From: a bacterium
GTDB lineage: Bacteria; SAR324; NAC60-12
Direction of reading: 5' to 3'
Length of the DNA stretch: 64,000 nt
Assembly: GCA_965209155.1 (NCBI GenBank)
Contig: OZ242383.1
Location: 1,152,001 to 1,216,000 of the forward strand
Shown: positions 61,566-64,000 of the stretch, one piece after another
Numbering within the stretch: position 1 is the first letter of the stretch
Layout of the letters: each line of letters opens with the position of its first letter
Program-made: the position numbers and the translations under genes
The notes under the pieces: model-generated
Databases searched by the model: none
The model's input: only the letters and a program-made list of their open reading frames with translations
What the model was told of the DNA's origin: nothing

Positions 61566-62027
61566 TCATTGGTGCCTCCGGGCCCGGAAAGATCTATGAC
61601 AATCGCTACAGGCTGCTCCTACTTTTTTCACGGCTTCCCCGATTTGTTCCATATCGCCGGATTCGGCAGCAGCTGCGAGTAGAGCCGTGGCCTCGACCAG
61701 CTCGTTGGCCGCCATTTCAAAATCTGCAAAATTGTCCCAAATTTCATCCTTGGCCCGGGTTCTTTTATCGGTGCCCCGGGTATCCTGCAGGTAAACCGTG
61801 GTGACGGTCTGTGACTGTTCATGCAAGGCCCTGGCATAATGAACCAACAGGTTGCTATAGGAGACCTTCCCTTTGAGGATGTCTCCGATGTTTCCCATAT
61901 TGGCGCTAATACCGTCCATCACCCTGTGACGATAAGTCATCACTGCTTTGTTGTCATCCTCCGCTTGTAGCGGAAACGCGAATAATAAAGCGAGAAAGAT
62001 TAACAATCCTCCGATATAATAACGCAT
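61566..62027 (-). CDS. Class II cytochrome c (c'/c556)
   Basis: GGAGG RBS, signal peptide, TRAKDEIWDNFADF and C-terminal CSDCH. Confidence 0.92.
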   Translation of the reverse strand: MRYYIGGLLIFLALLFAFPLQAEDDNKAVMTYRHRVMDGISANMGNIGDILKGKVSYSNLLVHYARALHEQSQTVTTVYLQDTRGTDKRTRAKDEIWDNFADFEMAANELVEATALLAAAAESGDMEQIGEAVKKVGAACSDCHRSFRARRHQ

Positions 62028-62267
62028 ACTTCCCTCCAGAATGAAGTGTTTAACTGACCTGCAAATCATTTAGATTCGAAGCGCCGACTCCCAGGTGCTC
62101 AACGACCTGTTTTGTCGTTGGACTAAATGATGATATAACAAGTTTTAAAATACAATTCAACTTTTTTCAGTTTCCCAACAAACAGAAATGGTCAACAATT
62201 CGCCTCGTGCTGAATATGGACTTGTCTCAGACTTGATTTTTTATTATAAATTGATGTTACGTGAACC

Positions 62268-62718
62268 AGTTTTGCAATAAGAACTCCATTTGGGATTCAA
62301 TGTAGAAAGGCACAAAGGCACAAAGGAGACTCGTGAAGGAACTGATAACCGATAACTGACAACCGATAACTAGCGCCAAGGCACCAAGGCGCAAAGGTGA
62401 CTGCGGTATTGTTTTTTTGAGGAGCAGTTGTTGCTTGATTCGATGAGAAGAGAGGTTTTGATGATCAAAACATACCGGAATTTAATCGTCTGGCAAAAAT
62501 CAATAGCCATGGTCACTGATTGATTCAGGGAGACTCGTGATTTTCCACAAGTGGAGTTTTTTTGATAAACTAAGTGAAAAAACACGGGAGTTTGAACGAA
62601 TGCTCGGGAGCCTCATTAGAAAAGTAGAGCAAAAATAAAAAAACTTTGTGCCTTTGTGCCTTTGTGCCTTCTCGTGGATCCAATGAGTTTCAGGAATAAA
62701 ATCGATCTTCTGCAAGTT
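62268..62718 (+). mobile_element. MITE-like element carrying an internally deleted four-helix-bundle gene (62461-62638) between inverted GGCACAAA arrays
   Basis: MIKTYRNLIVWQKSIAMVTD* ... REFERMLGSLIRKVEQK. AAAGGCAC repeats at 62306-62326 and 62374-62398, CTTTGTGC repeats at 62644-62670. Confidence 0.75.
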
Positions 62719-62890
62719 CAAAACACGTAACAGTTATTAATTGATTGAAGCCTTATGAATCTTGACGGATGCGGATTCCTGTAAAACATTACCATCCCGA
62801 GAAAAGCGAGCGTAGTCGGACTGTCAGACGAATAAGCCAACCTATCGATCATGGACACGCATTCCACCATAACATTGAAAAGGAGAAACA

Positions 62891-64000
62891 ATGGACGTGA
62901 ATTACAGTGAAGAAGATGTAAAATTTCGAAAAGAGGTGCAACATTTTTTTGCGCATGAATTGCCCGGGGAATTGAAAGAGAAACTGGAAAAGAAGTTACC
63001 GATTTATAAAGACGACCAGGTTTTATGGCAAAAGACCCTGGCTGAAAAAGGATGGGCAGGTATTAACTGGCCGGTCGAATATGGAGGAACGGGTTGGACT
63101 GTTACCCAAAAAGCTATTTTTGCTGAGGAGCAGGCCAAACATGATGCGCCGAGGTTGGTCCCATTTGGTTTGGAGTTGGTGGCGCCGGTCCTCATCGCAT
63201 TTGGCAATGAGGCGCAAAAAAAACGATTTTTGCCGGATATCCTGGAAAGCAGAGTCTGGTGGTGTCAGGGATATTCGGAACCGGGGGCGGGATCGGACCT
63301 GGCTTCCTTGAAGACTCGGGCGGTCCGTGAAGGCGATTTTTACATCGTCAATGGCCAGAAAACCTGGACGACTTATGCCCAGTATGCCGATTGGATTTTC
63401 TGTCTGGTCCGTACGGACCTCCAAGTTAAAAATCAGCAGGGAATTTCTTTTTTGCTCATCGACATGAAATCACCAGGAATCGAAGTGCGACCGATCAAAT
63501 TGATGGATGGGGGTCAGGAAGTCAACGAAGTGTATTTCGACAACGTGAAAGTCCCGGTAGAAAACCGGATTGGGGAAGAAAACAAGGGCTGGACTTATGC
63601 CAAGTATTTACTCACCCATGAAAGAACGATGCAGGGAGAAGTCGCCGTTTCGAAACGCCACTTGGAGAAAATAAAGACACTGGCGGCCAATACGGTGAAT
63701 GGCAGCGGGACCCTGATGGAAGATCCTTCATTCAAAAAAAAGGTAGCGGAAGTCGAAATCGAATTGATGGCCCTGGAATATACTTACCTGAGAATTCTTT
63801 CCCAAGTGGCCACCGGCGGAGCACCAGGAGCGGAATCCTCCATTTTGAAAATCAGGGGTACCGAAATTCAGCAGAAATTGACGGAGCTGCGCCTGGATGT
63901 GGCTGGCTATGGGGGATTCGTTTTCCGTGATCCTCTTGCAGGAAACGAAGAAGCCCTCTACAATGGCGACGATTCGGCAGCTCAGGTTTATTTTGATATG
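62891..64000 (+). CDS. Acyl-CoA dehydrogenase family protein; 3' end lies outside the window
   Basis: Absent from the ORF track. AGGAG RBS. MDVNYSEED, WPVEYGGTG, WCQGYSEPGAGSDLASL, NGQKTWTT and NEVYFDNVKVP. Confidence 0.95.
   Translation, partial: MDVNYSEEDVKFRKEVQHFFAHELPGELKEKLEKKLPIYKDDQVLWQKTLAEKGWAGINWPVEYGGTGWTVTQKAIFAEEQAKHDAPRLVPFGLELVAPVLIAFGNEAQKKRFLPDILESRVWWCQGYSEPGAGSDLASLKTRAVREGDFYIVNGQKTWTTYAQYADWIFCLVRTDLQVKNQQGISFLLIDMKSPGIEVRPIKLMDGGQEVNEVYFDNVKVPVENRIGEENKGWTYAKYLLTHERTMQGEVAVSKRHLEKIKTLAANTVNGSGTLMEDPSFKKKVAEVEIELMALEYTYLRILSQVATGGAPGAESSILKIRGTEIQQKLTELRLDVAGYGGFVFRDPLAGNEEALYNGDDSAAQVYFDM

Overview
Bacterial window, probably from a Deltaproteobacteria/SAR324-like organism (inferred from gene style only). 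It alternates intact core blocks with heavily eroded accessory DNA. 1-12.7 kb: tandem paralogous dipeptide/oligopeptide-type ABC transporter loci (two binding proteins, one intact and one decayed permease pair), an AlbA_2/HATPase protein, an IS200 relic, and a Phd-PIN toxin-antitoxin pair between attC-like sites. 12.9-26 kb: housekeeping block on the minus strand (DUF2322-DapD fusion, ugd, gpmI, cyclophilin-parvulin fusion, fabA, RND/MFP/TolC), interrupted by a four-helix-bundle gene boxed in inverted repeats inside IS200-like ends. 26-54 kb: mobile island with IS1595, IS256, ISAzo13, IS1380, IS5 and IS200 elements or relics, several IS91-like oriIS ends each abutting different cargo, and many secreted or membrane proteins (FGE-sulfatase, tail-collar-like, vWA, pentapeptide repeats, autotransporter, spondin). 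54.5-58.8 kb: duplicated znu operon with reciprocal gene loss. 58.9-64 kb: decayed defence-like cluster, cytochrome c', a second four-helix-bundle relic and an acyl-CoA dehydrogenase. The strongest candidates for undescribed biology are (1) four-helix-bundle cassettes flanked by inverted arrays of short tandem repeats, (2) the IS91-end/cargo array and (3) a dispersed ~200-250 bp promoter-and-hairpin repeat placed upstream of unrelated genes. No rRNA, tRNA, CRISPR array or reverse transcriptase was seen. All family calls come from motif recognition by eye, not from database searches.
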